A stretch of 64,000 nucleotides of DNA from Candidatus Latescibacterota bacterium (GTDB lineage Bacteria > Latescibacterota > UBA2968), in contig OZ242320.1 of NCBI GenBank assembly GCA_965208125.1, positions 5,664,001 through 5,728,000 of the forward strand. The letters run 5' to 3'. The notes beneath the pieces were generated by a model, which was given only the letters and a program-made list of their open reading frames with translations, was not told the origin of the DNA and made no database searches. The position numbers and the translations under genes are program-made. This document shows, piece after piece, positions 19,282 to 29,718 of the stretch. Within the stretch, counting starts at the first letter, position 1; every line of letters begins with the position of its first letter.

Positions 19282-20961
19282 ATGAAAAAGGATTTAAGTA
19301 AATTGTGGGTATGGATGCTTATGGCCTGTGTTGCTGCCGAGGCTGAAGCGATCGACCGTCATTTGTCAACTGCGCCAATCAAGTGGTTTGATCCCGATAA
19401 TCGCAGTATTGCGCAACCCAAAGTAATTAAAAGGAATCTGATATGGGACATGGTCGATCACTCTTTTGTTTATCCAATGACTAAGAAACTGGATTTGGGA
19501 AGGAGTGCGCGGCGGGTCGGGAATATTCTGAATATTGCGCCATCTCGTCAGGCAGATAATGTCAATGTGTTGGATGAAGTACCCAATTCATCTTGGTACA
19601 CGAATCGGCATTTTCTTGTGCGGATGGATGCGGCAGCGTTGGCTGAAGGGCCTGGACACGCGTATCCTGATACGAGCGGTTCTTGGGAGATTATATCGGG
19701 AAAATTAGAGGGCCAGGCACCTGAGCTTACAATTCGGGACGCAAAAGAGGATGTTTATTTTTTGAAGTTTGACGCAAAAGGTTATGAGGAGTTGGCGACA
19801 ACTGCCGAGGTTGTATCGACAAAAATTCTGTATGCTGCGGGCTATCATGTGCCGCAAAATTCCGTTGTTTTTTTTCGCGCCGAATGGCTTACCATCGGTC
19901 CTGATGCAAAGGTATCTGATGATGAGGGAAGGCGCAGGGACCTGACGGATACATACTTGCAAAATGTACTGTCTTCTATTGAGAAGCAAGCCAACGGGTA
20001 TATCCGGTGCCTGGCAAGCAAGAGATTAACGGGTATTCCTCTCGGTGTTTTTGATTTTCACAGTCGGCGGAAAGACGATCCCAATGATCGCGTGAAACAC
20101 CAGCATCGAAGGGAGTTACGGGGGTTGCGAGCGATCTCTTCGTGGATCAATGATGTAGATCGACGTGCAGCCAACACCCTGAATATGTTTGTGACTGATG
20201 AACAGGGACGTCACTATATCAAACACTATTTGATCGATATGGACGCGACTTTGGGTAGTAATTCAGTGCGGCCTCACACGCCCAGGTCAGGAAATGAGTA
20301 TTTTGTCGATTTTCGCTATATTGTCCCATCAGTTTTGGGGCTGGGGCTGTATCGAAAGGCGTGGGAAGATGCAAAGCCCATACATTTTCCATCAATTGGT
20401 TATTTGGAGAGCGATGTATTTTCGCCCAGGCGGTGGGTTACCAATTATCCCAATCCGGCTTTTCAGCGGTGTACAAATCGCGATGGGTACTGGGGAGCAA
20501 AAATCGCAATGGCGTTTAGCGATGCGGATTTGGCAGCTATTGTGAAGACGGGGCATTTGAGCGACAAGAAGGCTGAAGAGAGACTCATTCAACTTTTGAT
20601 TGCACGCCGCGATAAGGTGGGCGATTACTGGTTTCGACGCATAAATCCGCTAGATCGCTTTTGGATTGACAGACGAGGATTGCATTTTGAGGATCTGGCG
20701 ATTGTGGGAAATCTGGCTACTGAAGCAAAGACCCGGTATTTTTATCAATTTTTGAGTCGCGATGGAAAGGCGCAGGGTGCTGTGCGTCAACTCGATACGT
20801 CAGGGCACATACCCATACCACGCGATTTGCCGGATGGACAATATTACGGGATAGAGATTCGGACCGTGAGGTCTGGATGGGCAGATAAATACGTTCGGGT
20901 TTATTTTTTTGTTTGGAATGTCGGGCTATATCAGATTGTACGGGTTGATCGGCAGGAGTAG
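19282..20961 (+). CDS. Secreted hypothetical protein with atypical (HipA/PI4K/FAM20-like) kinase motifs
   Basis: Signal peptide; YFLKFD (catalytic-Lys-like), TAEVVST (alphaC-Glu-like), WINDVDRRAAN (catalytic-loop-like), YLIDMD (metal-binding-like). The ORF is secure; the fold is inferred. Confidence 0.65.
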   Translation: MKKDLSKLWVWMLMACVAAEAEAIDRHLSTAPIKWFDPDNRSIAQPKVIKRNLIWDMVDHSFVYPMTKKLDLGRSARRVGNILNIAPSRQADNVNVLDEVPNSSWYTNRHFLVRMDAAALAEGPGHAYPDTSGSWEIISGKLEGQAPELTIRDAKEDVYFLKFDAKGYEELATTAEVVSTKILYAAGYHVPQNSVVFFRAEWLTIGPDAKVSDDEGRRRDLTDTYLQNVLSSIEKQANGYIRCLASKRLTGIPLGVFDFHSRRKDDPNDRVKHQHRRELRGLRAISSWINDVDRRAANTLNMFVTDEQGRHYIKHYLIDMDATLGSNSVRPHTPRSGNEYFVDFRYIVPSVLGLGLYRKAWEDAKPIHFPSIGYLESDVFSPRRWVTNYPNPAFQRCTNRDGYWGAKIAMAFSDADLAAIVKTGHLSDKKAEERLIQLLIARRDKVGDYWFRRINPLDRFWIDRRGLHFEDLAIVGNLATEAKTRYFYQFLSRDGKAQGAVRQLDTSGHIPIPRDLPDGQYYGIEIRTVRSGWADKYVRVYFFVWNVGLYQIVRVDRQE

Positions 20962-20989
20962 TTTCAATTCTTTCAAAGCCGAGAATCAG

Positions 20990-23230
20990 ATGAGAAACAA
21001 AAAGTTATACGCAACAAAATGCGGGATAGTTCAAAGTCTATTTGTTTTTTTTCTGTGTTTCGGTTTTGTCCTGTTCAGCACGCTTCCTTCTTTTGCAAAA
21101 CAGAAGCCCCGAGTCGCACTGGTGCTCAGTGGAGGAGGCGCGCGTGGAGGGGCACATATCGGCGTGCTGCGCGTACTCGAGCGCGAAGGTATTCCCATTG
21201 ATTTGATCGTGGGCGTGAGTTATGGGGCACTGGTGGGAGGACTGTACGCTGCCGGATACACTGTTGATAATGTCGAACGCATTATTGTAGGAACAGATTG
21301 GTGGGAAATAACCAACAATCACCCCAACCGCCGTCTGTCGAATTTGAATCGCAAACCAATAGCTGATCGCCAGATGCTTGCATTGCGCCTCGATAAATTC
21401 GATCTAAAATTGCCTTATGGAGTTTTTGCCGGGCAAAAAATTCAGCATTTTCTCAATCAATTGACCCTTGGCGCAATTTATCGGGCGCGAAACGATTTTG
21501 ATCGGCTGCCAACGCCTTTTCGTGCAATTGCAACAGATATTTTATCTGGCGAACAGGTCGTGATAAAAAATGGCTCACTCGGCACGGCAATCAGAGCGAG
21601 TATTTCTGTTCCCGGGGTGTTTGCCCCGATAAGTACAGAACAAACCCATCTCGTAGATGGCGGTATTGTCAATAACTTGCCTGTAGATGTCGCATTAGAC
21701 GCCGGGGCTGATTTGGTTATTGCCGTGGATTGTGCCACACCTTTGCGCACTCAAAAGCACGAAGTTGAAGATATTATCGACGTCATCGATCAGGCTGTTA
21801 GTTTTCGAATTGAAGAAAAAAAAATTGCAAATCGAAAACGCGCCCATGTGCTGATCATGCCCGATTTAAAAAAATTTGATGGAGGCAATTTTAATCTGTC
21901 GTACACCTTGATTCCAATTGGCGAAAAAGAAGCCGAAAAACATCTGGATGCGATCTGGAAGGCTCTGCAAAAGCTCGGCATTTCAAAACGCGTTGAAAAG
22001 TCGAGACCGTCGATATTGCCAGATAATTTTGATTTCAGAACCTGGGTGGATATACCATCGGATATTGTGATTGATCGGGTGCGGATTGAGGGTTTAGAGC
22101 GCTATTCACAAGAGAAATTTACATCGCGGTTAGAAAAGTTCATCAACAAGCCGATATCGTTTCGGAAACTGGAAAACGAATCTGGCCGGTTCTATGCGAC
22201 CGGATTATTTCAAACAGTAGATTACGAGGTTATCTACCATGAAGACTATACCGAATTGGTTTTTCAGGTGCTTGAAAACCCCCCCAGTGAGTTGAAAATA
22301 GGACTTCATTACGACAATGATTTTGGGGTTGCAGCACTGACCGAGTTTGCACATCAAAATGCTTATGGCCCCGTAGCAGAGTTTTATTTTCGCGGCCTGT
22401 TGGGCAATTTGAAGCTCGCTGAAATGGATTTAATTTTTCGCTCATCCAGGCGCCTGGGTTTCTTCGGGAAGATTCGAGGGTGGAATCAAGACCGGTTGTA
22501 TTTTCAAAATGGGCAACGCCAGGACACATATAACGAGAAGCGTTTTCGCGCGCGATTGGGCATGCAGGTTTTGTTCCACAGTTGGGGAGGTTTTAAAGTG
22601 GGGTATCAAGTTGAGCATGTCCGCATTCGCGATGCGGACAGTTCAATAGGCAATGCGTCTAAAGATCTGCCCGCCTTGTGGTTATCTACAGGTATTGACA
22701 CCCGAGACGATGCGTTTTTGACAAGACATGGCATCTATTTTCAAACGCAAGCAAAATGGGTTCATCGAACATTTTCACATAAGCAGGTGCAAACACAACT
22801 CGCGTACTTCACCAGCCCCCATCCGCAATTGAGTGTGGGCCTCTGGTCTCACGGAGGCTATATGACACAGCCTGCACCGATTTATGAACACTTCGCATTA
22901 GGTGGTGGAGGACACTTTAGTAACGCAGCATTGCGCGTTGTCGGTCTCAAACGCGACAAACTGAGAGCTTTTAGGTTCGTCTCGGCGGGCATTTCTATTT
23001 GGAGCCACATGAAATTTTGGGGATCCATACCGCTCAGTGCTGTTGGAATTTTCTATCAGGGCGGTCTGTACAATAAGTCTTCCAATCCGGATCAGCCCAA
23101 TACCCGTATCCACGGTTTTGGTATTGGTGGTTATATCAGCACGACGTTTTTAGGCCCCATTCGCATTGATATTGTGAGCACAGAAGAAAAGGATATCCGG
23201 ATTTATACCGCAGTCGGATTTGCGTTTTGA
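20990..23230 (+). CDS. Patatin-like phospholipase + POTRA + Omp85 barrel (PlpD/type Vd architecture)
   Basis: LVLSGGGARGGAHIGV, GVSYG nucleophile elbow, DGG motif; POTRA-like segment; barrel ending in GFAF. Start set at ATG 20990. Confidence 0.9.
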   Translation: MRNKKLYATKCGIVQSLFVFFLCFGFVLFSTLPSFAKQKPRVALVLSGGGARGGAHIGVLRVLEREGIPIDLIVGVSYGALVGGLYAAGYTVDNVERIIVGTDWWEITNNHPNRRLSNLNRKPIADRQMLALRLDKFDLKLPYGVFAGQKIQHFLNQLTLGAIYRARNDFDRLPTPFRAIATDILSGEQVVIKNGSLGTAIRASISVPGVFAPISTEQTHLVDGGIVNNLPVDVALDAGADLVIAVDCATPLRTQKHEVEDIIDVIDQAVSFRIEEKKIANRKRAHVLIMPDLKKFDGGNFNLSYTLIPIGEKEAEKHLDAIWKALQKLGISKRVEKSRPSILPDNFDFRTWVDIPSDIVIDRVRIEGLERYSQEKFTSRLEKFINKPISFRKLENESGRFYATGLFQTVDYEVIYHEDYTELVFQVLENPPSELKIGLHYDNDFGVAALTEFAHQNAYGPVAEFYFRGLLGNLKLAEMDLIFRSSRRLGFFGKIRGWNQDRLYFQNGQRQDTYNEKRFRARLGMQVLFHSWGGFKVGYQVEHVRIRDADSSIGNASKDLPALWLSTGIDTRDDAFLTRHGIYFQTQAKWVHRTFSHKQVQTQLAYFTSPHPQLSVGLWSHGGYMTQPAPIYEHFALGGGGHFSNAALRVVGLKRDKLRAFRFVSAGISIWSHMKFWGSIPLSAVGIFYQGGLYNKSSNPDQPNTRIHGFGIGGYISTTFLGPIRIDIVSTEEKDIRIYTAVGFAF

Positions 23231-23279
23231 TGCATATTCATCTGTCTTATCCAAATCACCTTGAAACGAAAGGAAAAGC

Positions 23280-25997
23280 ATGATATTTTCCAGATGGAAC
23301 GCTATTTTATTCTTCCTGGTGCTCGCTTTTTCCGTTCCGATAGAATCCACATCTGAAGAGGATTCCCCTGCTCCAGGATATAGGATTCACCGATCTATTC
23401 CTCCACCGGGTGCTAAGACCCACATGGTGGTTCCAGGAGAAAGATTCCGAGCCAGCGGGTTTAAACGCTGGTTCTACGGCAACAATAACCGGGACCTCTG
23501 GACCACTCCTATCGAGGTTGCAGTCCTCGACCTCAACAGCGTAGGAGGTGGTTTGACGCCGCTTCGCACTGGCGGATTCGGGCAGTCCATCTCGCTTCAC
23601 TTTACAGGGGAAGACGGCCGCCGCTATACAGTTCGTTCCCTGGATAAAGATCCCACCAAAAGAATATGGGACGAACTCAAGGATACCATTGTCGATGACG
23701 TCCTTCAGGACTTGATCAGCGCGCTTTTACCAACAGGGGCACTCGTAGCTGACCCGCTGATGGAAGCCACTGGTATTCTCCATTCCAAACACACGCTCGT
23801 AGTTATTCCGGATGATCCGAGACTGGGGGAATACCGCGAAGAGTTTGCCGGCCTTATCGGAACGCTACAAGAACACCCGTCTGAAGGACCGGACGATACG
23901 CCCGGCTTTGCGGGTTCCCGGAGGATCAGCGGAACAGAGAGACTGTGGGAACACCTTGAAGAAAGTCCTTGCAACCGCGTCGATGCCCGTGCCTATCTAA
24001 AGGCGAAACTAATGGATCTTTTCATCGGCGATAAGGACCGCCATTACGGCCAGTGGAGATGGGCGCAATTCCCCGATGGCGATTGTTATACATGGCTTCC
24101 AATACCCGAGGACCGCGACCAGGCTTTTATCGGCTTCGAGGGATTTGCTATGGCAATGGCGCGCAAAAGGCTCCCCAGGCAAATCACGTTTGGAGACAAG
24201 TATCCAAGCCTGGTGGGCCTATCGACTACTGGTTGGGAGATGGACCGCGAGTTTCTGGTCGAACTCAATAAGACCGCGTGGGATTCAGTAGTAACAGCGT
24301 TTCGCAGAGACTTACCGGATTCGGTCATTGAGGATGCCGTGCGGAGGCTCCCACCACCGTATTACAAAATGATTGGGGAAGCTCTTACACAAGCCCTCAA
24401 ATCAAGGCGGGACGCATTGCCCGATTTTGCCAGTAGATACTATGAATTGATTACCCGCCAGGTCGAAATCCAGGCGACCGATAAGGATGAGTACGCCCAT
24501 TGTGAACACCTGACGAATGGTGACCTCGCAGTTCGTATCGGTCTGATAGAAGGTCCCGGAGGAGAAAGAAAAACACCCTATTTCCAAAGGACATTCCACC
24601 CTCAGGAAACCCGAGAAGTCCGAATATACCTCCGGGGCGGAGATGACCGCGCGGAAATATCGGGGACAAAGGGACAGATTGTCGTTCGCATTGATGGCGG
24701 AGGTGGGGATGACACACTTACAAACGCATCCCAATCTGGCGCCTCAAAAACCCGGTTTTATGATTATCGCGGAAAAAATCAGTTCGCCAAAGGCGAGGGG
24801 GCGAAAATCGACGAGCGACCCTACAAGCGTCCTCCCGCACGGCTTCTCCGTGCAAGGTATGCACTGGACTGGGGTGGACAGGCTATTACCGCTCCGATTA
24901 TCAGGGTAAACCCGGATATGGATGTATTCTTGGGGGCGACCTACCATCGGCAGCATTTCGGGTATCGAAAAGATCCTTTCTCTTCGCAACATTTTTTCAA
25001 GATCGGGCTGGCGAAAGACAATGATCTCAAGGGAATCAAGCCCTTTGCCTCCTATACCGGCAATTTTCGCGAATTCATGCGCGACTTCGACGCGAGAATC
25101 TACTTAAAATACTCCGGATTCCAGACAATCCGGTTTAACGGATTTGGTAACAAAACGGAAATTCCTGAGCCGTCTTCCTTCTATAAGGTGGAACAAAGAC
25201 ATTTCGTTTTCGCACCTGCCCTCGAATTTCGAGCGGGAGATCATAAAGAAGATATGCCTCATGTTGGTATGGGATCGCTCCGCTCGAAATTAACCATTGA
25301 CTTTGGACCGATTATCAAGTATTCAAACACCCCCCTCAGTTCCAATCGGGAAAAATATATCGGTTCGCTCGATCAACCACTTTACGGTACGGATTCCTTC
25401 GGCCAGGTAGGCGCACTGGGTGAAGTCGTGTACGACACGCGCAACAGTTTAGGGTATCCCACTCAGGGGGTCAGGGTCAGGGTTGCCGGAGACATCTATC
25501 CGGGCGTCTGGGATGTAGAATCGACCTTTGGCAGCATAAATGGGGAAGCCAGTACTTACCTGACTGCCCCTATACCGACTACCCCGACCCTTGCCTTAAG
25601 AGCAGGTGGCAAGAAGGTATGGGGAACCTTTCCCTTTCACGAAAGTGCCTTTCTGGGCGGGTCCGGTTTTGTCGGTAGTGGCATATCCAGTGGCAATTTG
25701 CGTGGTTTCCGGAAAAACAGGTTCGCTGGAGAAACTGCGCTGTATGGAAATTCCGAACTGCGACTGGTTCTGACCAAAATCAAGCTTCTGGTATCGGGAG
25801 AATTCGGATTGTTCGGTACGGGTGATGCCGGACGGGTAATTTATGACGGAGATCCGGGCAATGCTGATAAATGGCACACCAGTATCGGAGGTGGATTCTG
25901 GCTGTCTTTTCTCAAGCGCCAGCAGACCTTTAGCGCGGCAGTCGTAAAAGGCGATGACCTGACGGGCGTATATCTGCGCGCTGGTTTTATGTTTTAG
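23280..25997 (+). CDS. Outer-membrane protein: N-terminal atypical kinase-like domain fused to an Omp85 barrel
   Basis: Signal peptide; GGFGQS..L, RSLDKDP, MDLFIGDKDRHYGQW, PEDRDQAF; barrel with LRGFRKNRFAG and C-terminal GFMF. Confidence 0.8.
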   Translation: MIFSRWNAILFFLVLAFSVPIESTSEEDSPAPGYRIHRSIPPPGAKTHMVVPGERFRASGFKRWFYGNNNRDLWTTPIEVAVLDLNSVGGGLTPLRTGGFGQSISLHFTGEDGRRYTVRSLDKDPTKRIWDELKDTIVDDVLQDLISALLPTGALVADPLMEATGILHSKHTLVVIPDDPRLGEYREEFAGLIGTLQEHPSEGPDDTPGFAGSRRISGTERLWEHLEESPCNRVDARAYLKAKLMDLFIGDKDRHYGQWRWAQFPDGDCYTWLPIPEDRDQAFIGFEGFAMAMARKRLPRQITFGDKYPSLVGLSTTGWEMDREFLVELNKTAWDSVVTAFRRDLPDSVIEDAVRRLPPPYYKMIGEALTQALKSRRDALPDFASRYYELITRQVEIQATDKDEYAHCEHLTNGDLAVRIGLIEGPGGERKTPYFQRTFHPQETREVRIYLRGGDDRAEISGTKGQIVVRIDGGGGDDTLTNASQSGASKTRFYDYRGKNQFAKGEGAKIDERPYKRPPARLLRARYALDWGGQAITAPIIRVNPDMDVFLGATYHRQHFGYRKDPFSSQHFFKIGLAKDNDLKGIKPFASYTGNFREFMRDFDARIYLKYSGFQTIRFNGFGNKTEIPEPSSFYKVEQRHFVFAPALEFRAGDHKEDMPHVGMGSLRSKLTIDFGPIIKYSNTPLSSNREKYIGSLDQPLYGTDSFGQVGALGEVVYDTRNSLGYPTQGVRVRVAGDIYPGVWDVESTFGSINGEASTYLTAPIPTTPTLALRAGGKKVWGTFPFHESAFLGGSGFVGSGISSGNLRGFRKNRFAGETALYGNSELRLVLTKIKLLVSGEFGLFGTGDAGRVIYDGDPGNADKWHTSIGGGFWLSFLKRQQTFSAAVVKGDDLTGVYLRAGFMF

Positions 25998-26000
25998 CTC

Positions 26001-26927
26001 ATGAAGGAGGATGCGATGCTCAACAACATCATCATACGTCTCGCCATTTACTATATCACCTGGCTTTTGATTCTCAACGCGATTTTTCACATATTCCCCG
26101 AAATTCTCTATTACGTCGCCCAGGAGCGCGAACGCATCTTTGTAGGATCATCCCTTGACTCCGGGGCCGATCCGCCCATTCCGCTTGGAAACATCCAAGA
26201 AGGGGTAAACCGGCTCGCCGATCCGGAACACACGATTCCAGTTGTAGTCGCTTTGGTACTGGCTTTCGGGGTTACCCTCCCAATTACCTGGGTATATGCC
26301 TGGACGCATCCACCCAAGAAATACAGTCAAGCCTTTGTACAAACTCTGCTCGTGATACCTGTCGCGATCTCACTGGTTGTTTTTTTGGTGAAGGGTAGTC
26401 TTGCCCTTGCGTTCAGTCTGGCGGGTATCGTGGCCGCCGTCACCTTTCGGCTCTCACTCAAATCGACCATAGAGGGCGTGTACATGTTTATGGTCATCGG
26501 GATAGGGCTGGCGGCTGGCACCCAGCTTACGACTGTGGCCTACCTCGCATCGCTGGCTTTCGTCACCATAACACTGGGCGTGTGGAAAATCAATTATGGC
26601 GCGCAGCCACCAGTACTATCCGGCTGGAGAATTGTTTCACCTGATCACTCGGCCCAGACCTCTGGGACAAAGGCTACTGGGAATTCTTATGATGCCCGGA
26701 TTGAAGTACACACAACGAAGGTCGAAACAGCTCAAAAAGCAACCGCTCAAATCCTGAAATCCGGGACCAAACAGTGGCAAGTAGCAGATGTGATCGAGAA
26801 AGAAGATGGAACGGCCATCGTTGTATATGATATTTTGTTAAAACAATCCGTCGCTCTGCCTATCCTCATCCGGGATATTGAAAAAAGCAAAAAAAGTATC
26901 AAAAACGCAACGCTGACAAGAGTTTAA
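26001..26927 (+). CDS. DUF4956-like (MgtC/SapB-related) inner-membrane protein
   Basis: Several TM helices; SLALAFSLAGIVAAVTFR and YMFMVIGIGLAAG motifs. Confidence 0.75.
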   Translation: MKEDAMLNNIIIRLAIYYITWLLILNAIFHIFPEILYYVAQERERIFVGSSLDSGADPPIPLGNIQEGVNRLADPEHTIPVVVALVLAFGVTLPITWVYAWTHPPKKYSQAFVQTLLVIPVAISLVVFLVKGSLALAFSLAGIVAAVTFRLSLKSTIEGVYMFMVIGIGLAAGTQLTTVAYLASLAFVTITLGVWKINYGAQPPVLSGWRIVSPDHSAQTSGTKATGNSYDARIEVHTTKVETAQKATAQILKSGTKQWQVADVIEKEDGTAIVVYDILLKQSVALPILIRDIEKSKKSIKNATLTRV

Positions 26928-26998
26928 AATTGGTATTCTCAAAGCCTCCCTGTCACCAGAGAGATCAGGTAGGCACACTCATAACGGTATAATTACAA

Positions 26999-28165
26999 AT
27001 GAAGAATCACACAGATAAATTTCTGCTGGGCTTTCTTGGTTTTGGCATTTTTCTCTACCTGTTGTCGATGGGCTATGATCCATCTTCAGATTTTAGTGAA
27101 AATTCGTCAAACGCAGATCCAGATACTTCTATTTTAGACACTTCTACCGTCCTTCCTTTGGCGGACACGACGGCGGTATTAATATCTCCTGAAAGCTATA
27201 CCCTGAACGAAGAGACCGCTTCAGACACTTCTATCGTCTCCCCTTTGGCGGATACAATGGCTGTATTAGACTATGAAGAGGATTCATCCTCAGATTTTAG
27301 TAGAAATCCGTCAGACACAGTTCCAGATACTCCGACCAACCGCCCTTTGGCGGATACAATGGCAGCAGTACAAAGGAAAATATCTCTCGAAAGCTATACA
27401 CTAAACGAAGAGACCGCGACACACTGGAAGCTGTCCGAGCATCTTGAGGAAATCTCTGGTTTGGCAATGACCAGAGACAACCGGCTCCTGGCGCACAATG
27501 ATGAAAGAGGGATCATTTTCGAGATCGATTATCAGAATGGATCAATAGCAAAAGCATTCCAACTGACGGACATGAAGAACCCGGTAGCCAGTGATTTTGA
27601 GGGCATTGCAACAATTGACAACCAGATCTATCTGGTCACGAGTTCAGGGCGACTATACGAGTGTCGTGAGGGAACTACTGGCGAGTCCGTTCTCTTCAAT
27701 GTCTATACAACTGGCATCGGCAGAGACTGCGAAATTGAGGGCCTGGCATACGACGAGAGCAAGCGGGCACTCTTACTGATGTGCAAGGACGCTCGCAGTG
27801 CAGACATGGAGGGAAAGTTAGCAGTATATCACTGGTCAATTGACGAGAAACAGCTAAGAAAAGATGCACATACTGTAATACCTGTCGTGGAATTCTCCCG
27901 ACACATCAAAGGGAAAAATTTCCAGCCATCGGGAATCGAGCGACACCCAATATCGGGGAATTACTTTATCGTAGCTGCTCGTCAGGGAGCTATCGCGGAG
28001 ATCACGCCGGGTGGCCAGGTTGTTGCGGTCAGAGAGTTTCCCGCCCAGTGGCATCGTCAGGCTGAAGGTATTACCTTCGCCGCGGACGGCACGCTAATCG
28101 TTTCCGATGAAGGCGCAGGGAAGAGAGCGAGACTAACCCTTTATCCGGTCTCGGATAGTCAATAA
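26999..28165 (+). CDS. SdiA-regulated/phytase-like beta-propeller protein with membrane anchor and repetitive acidic stalk
   Basis: LEEISGLA, AHNDE, DFEGIA, EIEGLAYD, FQPSGI, QAEGITF...SDEG motifs; PLADT repeats in the N-terminal region. Confidence 0.8.
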   Translation: MKNHTDKFLLGFLGFGIFLYLLSMGYDPSSDFSENSSNADPDTSILDTSTVLPLADTTAVLISPESYTLNEETASDTSIVSPLADTMAVLDYEEDSSSDFSRNPSDTVPDTPTNRPLADTMAAVQRKISLESYTLNEETATHWKLSEHLEEISGLAMTRDNRLLAHNDERGIIFEIDYQNGSIAKAFQLTDMKNPVASDFEGIATIDNQIYLVTSSGRLYECREGTTGESVLFNVYTTGIGRDCEIEGLAYDESKRALLLMCKDARSADMEGKLAVYHWSIDEKQLRKDAHTVIPVVEFSRHIKGKNFQPSGIERHPISGNYFIVAARQGAIAEITPGGQVVAVREFPAQWHRQAEGITFAADGTLIVSDEGAGKRARLTLYPVSDSQ

Positions 28166-28217
28166 CAACAGTATAAACCCAACCTATTTCAAAATCGCTA
28201 AAAATACAGGACACGCA

Positions 28218-29705
28218 ATGGCACATTCAAAACCCAACCTGCTCTACATTCACTCCGACCAGCACGACCCTTATGTGACGGGCTGTTATGGCGACAAAGT
28301 CGTACAAACCCCCCATCTCGACAGCCTCGCGGCAAATGGCGTTGTATTTGAAAACTGCTATTGCCCCTCGCCGATATGCGTACCTTCGCGCATGTCCATG
28401 CTATCGGGGCGCTATCCCTTTGAAAACGAAGTGTGGACAAACTCCCATATTCTCAACTCGAGCATTCCCACATTTGCCCATGCAATGGGCGCGGGAGGTT
28501 ATGACCCCGTGCTCGTCGGACGCATGCATTCCAATGGACCGGATCAGCTACACGGATATGCCCAGCGTCTCGTCGGCGATCACGGGCCCAATCATCCCGG
28601 TGGTGGCGGCGTCAACCACGGAATGCTTTCGGGCACAGCAGGTCCCGCCCGCGTCAGCCTGACGAAATCGGGCATTGGACAAAGCGCGTACCAGGTACAC
28701 GACGAAGACGTAACCGCAGCAACCGTTGCATACCTCGACCGTATAGGCGTAAAAAAACGCGCGGGACAACCTTCAGAGCCTTTCTCTCTAACCGTTGGGT
28801 ATATGCTCCCCCACCAGCCATTTGTCGCGCGCCGCGCCGACTACGAACGTTACGATGGTCGCGTACCACCCCCAACTGTCTCTATCCCCTTCTCCGACGA
28901 CCTGCATCCCCACATCAAACAATGGCGCGAACGCTGCGGTATTACAACCGTCACAGAAGCCGAAATCCACCGCGCGCGCACCGCATACTGGGCACTCGTT
29001 GACCGCATGGATTACATGATCGGGCAGATCCTCACAGCCCTCCGTCAAAACGATTTGATCAACGACACCCTCGTCATTTACATGTCAGACCACGGCGAAC
29101 AAGCCGGCGAACACGGCCTGTGGTGGAAACAAACCTTTTACGAACACTCCGCCAAAGTACCCGCCATACTCTCCTGGCCCGGTCACCTGCCCGAAGGCAA
29201 GTGCTTTGACAACGTCATCTCTTCTGTCGATCTCAACGCCACCATGATCAACGCCCTGCAATGTCCCGAACTCCCCCACTCTCGCGGACGATCACTCCTG
29301 CCGCTTATGCGCGGCGAAAACACATCCTGGGACAACCTCGCCTTCTCCGAATTTTGTCAGGACAGAGCAGGCGGTGGCGGACCCTTCTCCGCCGAAGGCG
29401 TGTACCAGCGCATGATTCGGCAGGACGAATGGAAATTCAATTACTACCACAACCAGCCCTGTCAACTCTTCAACCTGCAAGAAGACCCCAACGAATTGCA
29501 CGACCGCGCAAACGACCCGTCCTGTCAAAGCCTGATCAAAAATTTCACCGCCCGCATCCTCGACGGCTGGGATCCCGACGCCATCGCCTCTCAACTCGCC
29601 GCCCGAAACAGGGACACCCGCATCCTCTCGGCATGGGCGCGCCACACCAAACCCGCAGATACGATCCGCTGGGACTTGCGACCCGAAATGGATTATCTGG
29701 AATAG
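28218..29705 (+). CDS. Sulfatase (formylglycine-dependent, choline-sulfatase-like)
   Basis: PNLLYIHSDQH, CVPSR (CxPxR), GRMH, SDHGE, FYEHSAKVP. Confidence 0.93.
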   Translation: MAHSKPNLLYIHSDQHDPYVTGCYGDKVVQTPHLDSLAANGVVFENCYCPSPICVPSRMSMLSGRYPFENEVWTNSHILNSSIPTFAHAMGAGGYDPVLVGRMHSNGPDQLHGYAQRLVGDHGPNHPGGGGVNHGMLSGTAGPARVSLTKSGIGQSAYQVHDEDVTAATVAYLDRIGVKKRAGQPSEPFSLTVGYMLPHQPFVARRADYERYDGRVPPPTVSIPFSDDLHPHIKQWRERCGITTVTEAEIHRARTAYWALVDRMDYMIGQILTALRQNDLINDTLVIYMSDHGEQAGEHGLWWKQTFYEHSAKVPAILSWPGHLPEGKCFDNVISSVDLNATMINALQCPELPHSRGRSLLPLMRGENTSWDNLAFSEFCQDRAGGGGPFSAEGVYQRMIRQDEWKFNYYHNQPCQLFNLQEDPNELHDRANDPSCQSLIKNFTARILDGWDPDAIASQLAARNRDTRILSAWARHTKPADTIRWDLRPEMDYLE

Positions 29706-29718
29706 TTGGCGGACGCCT

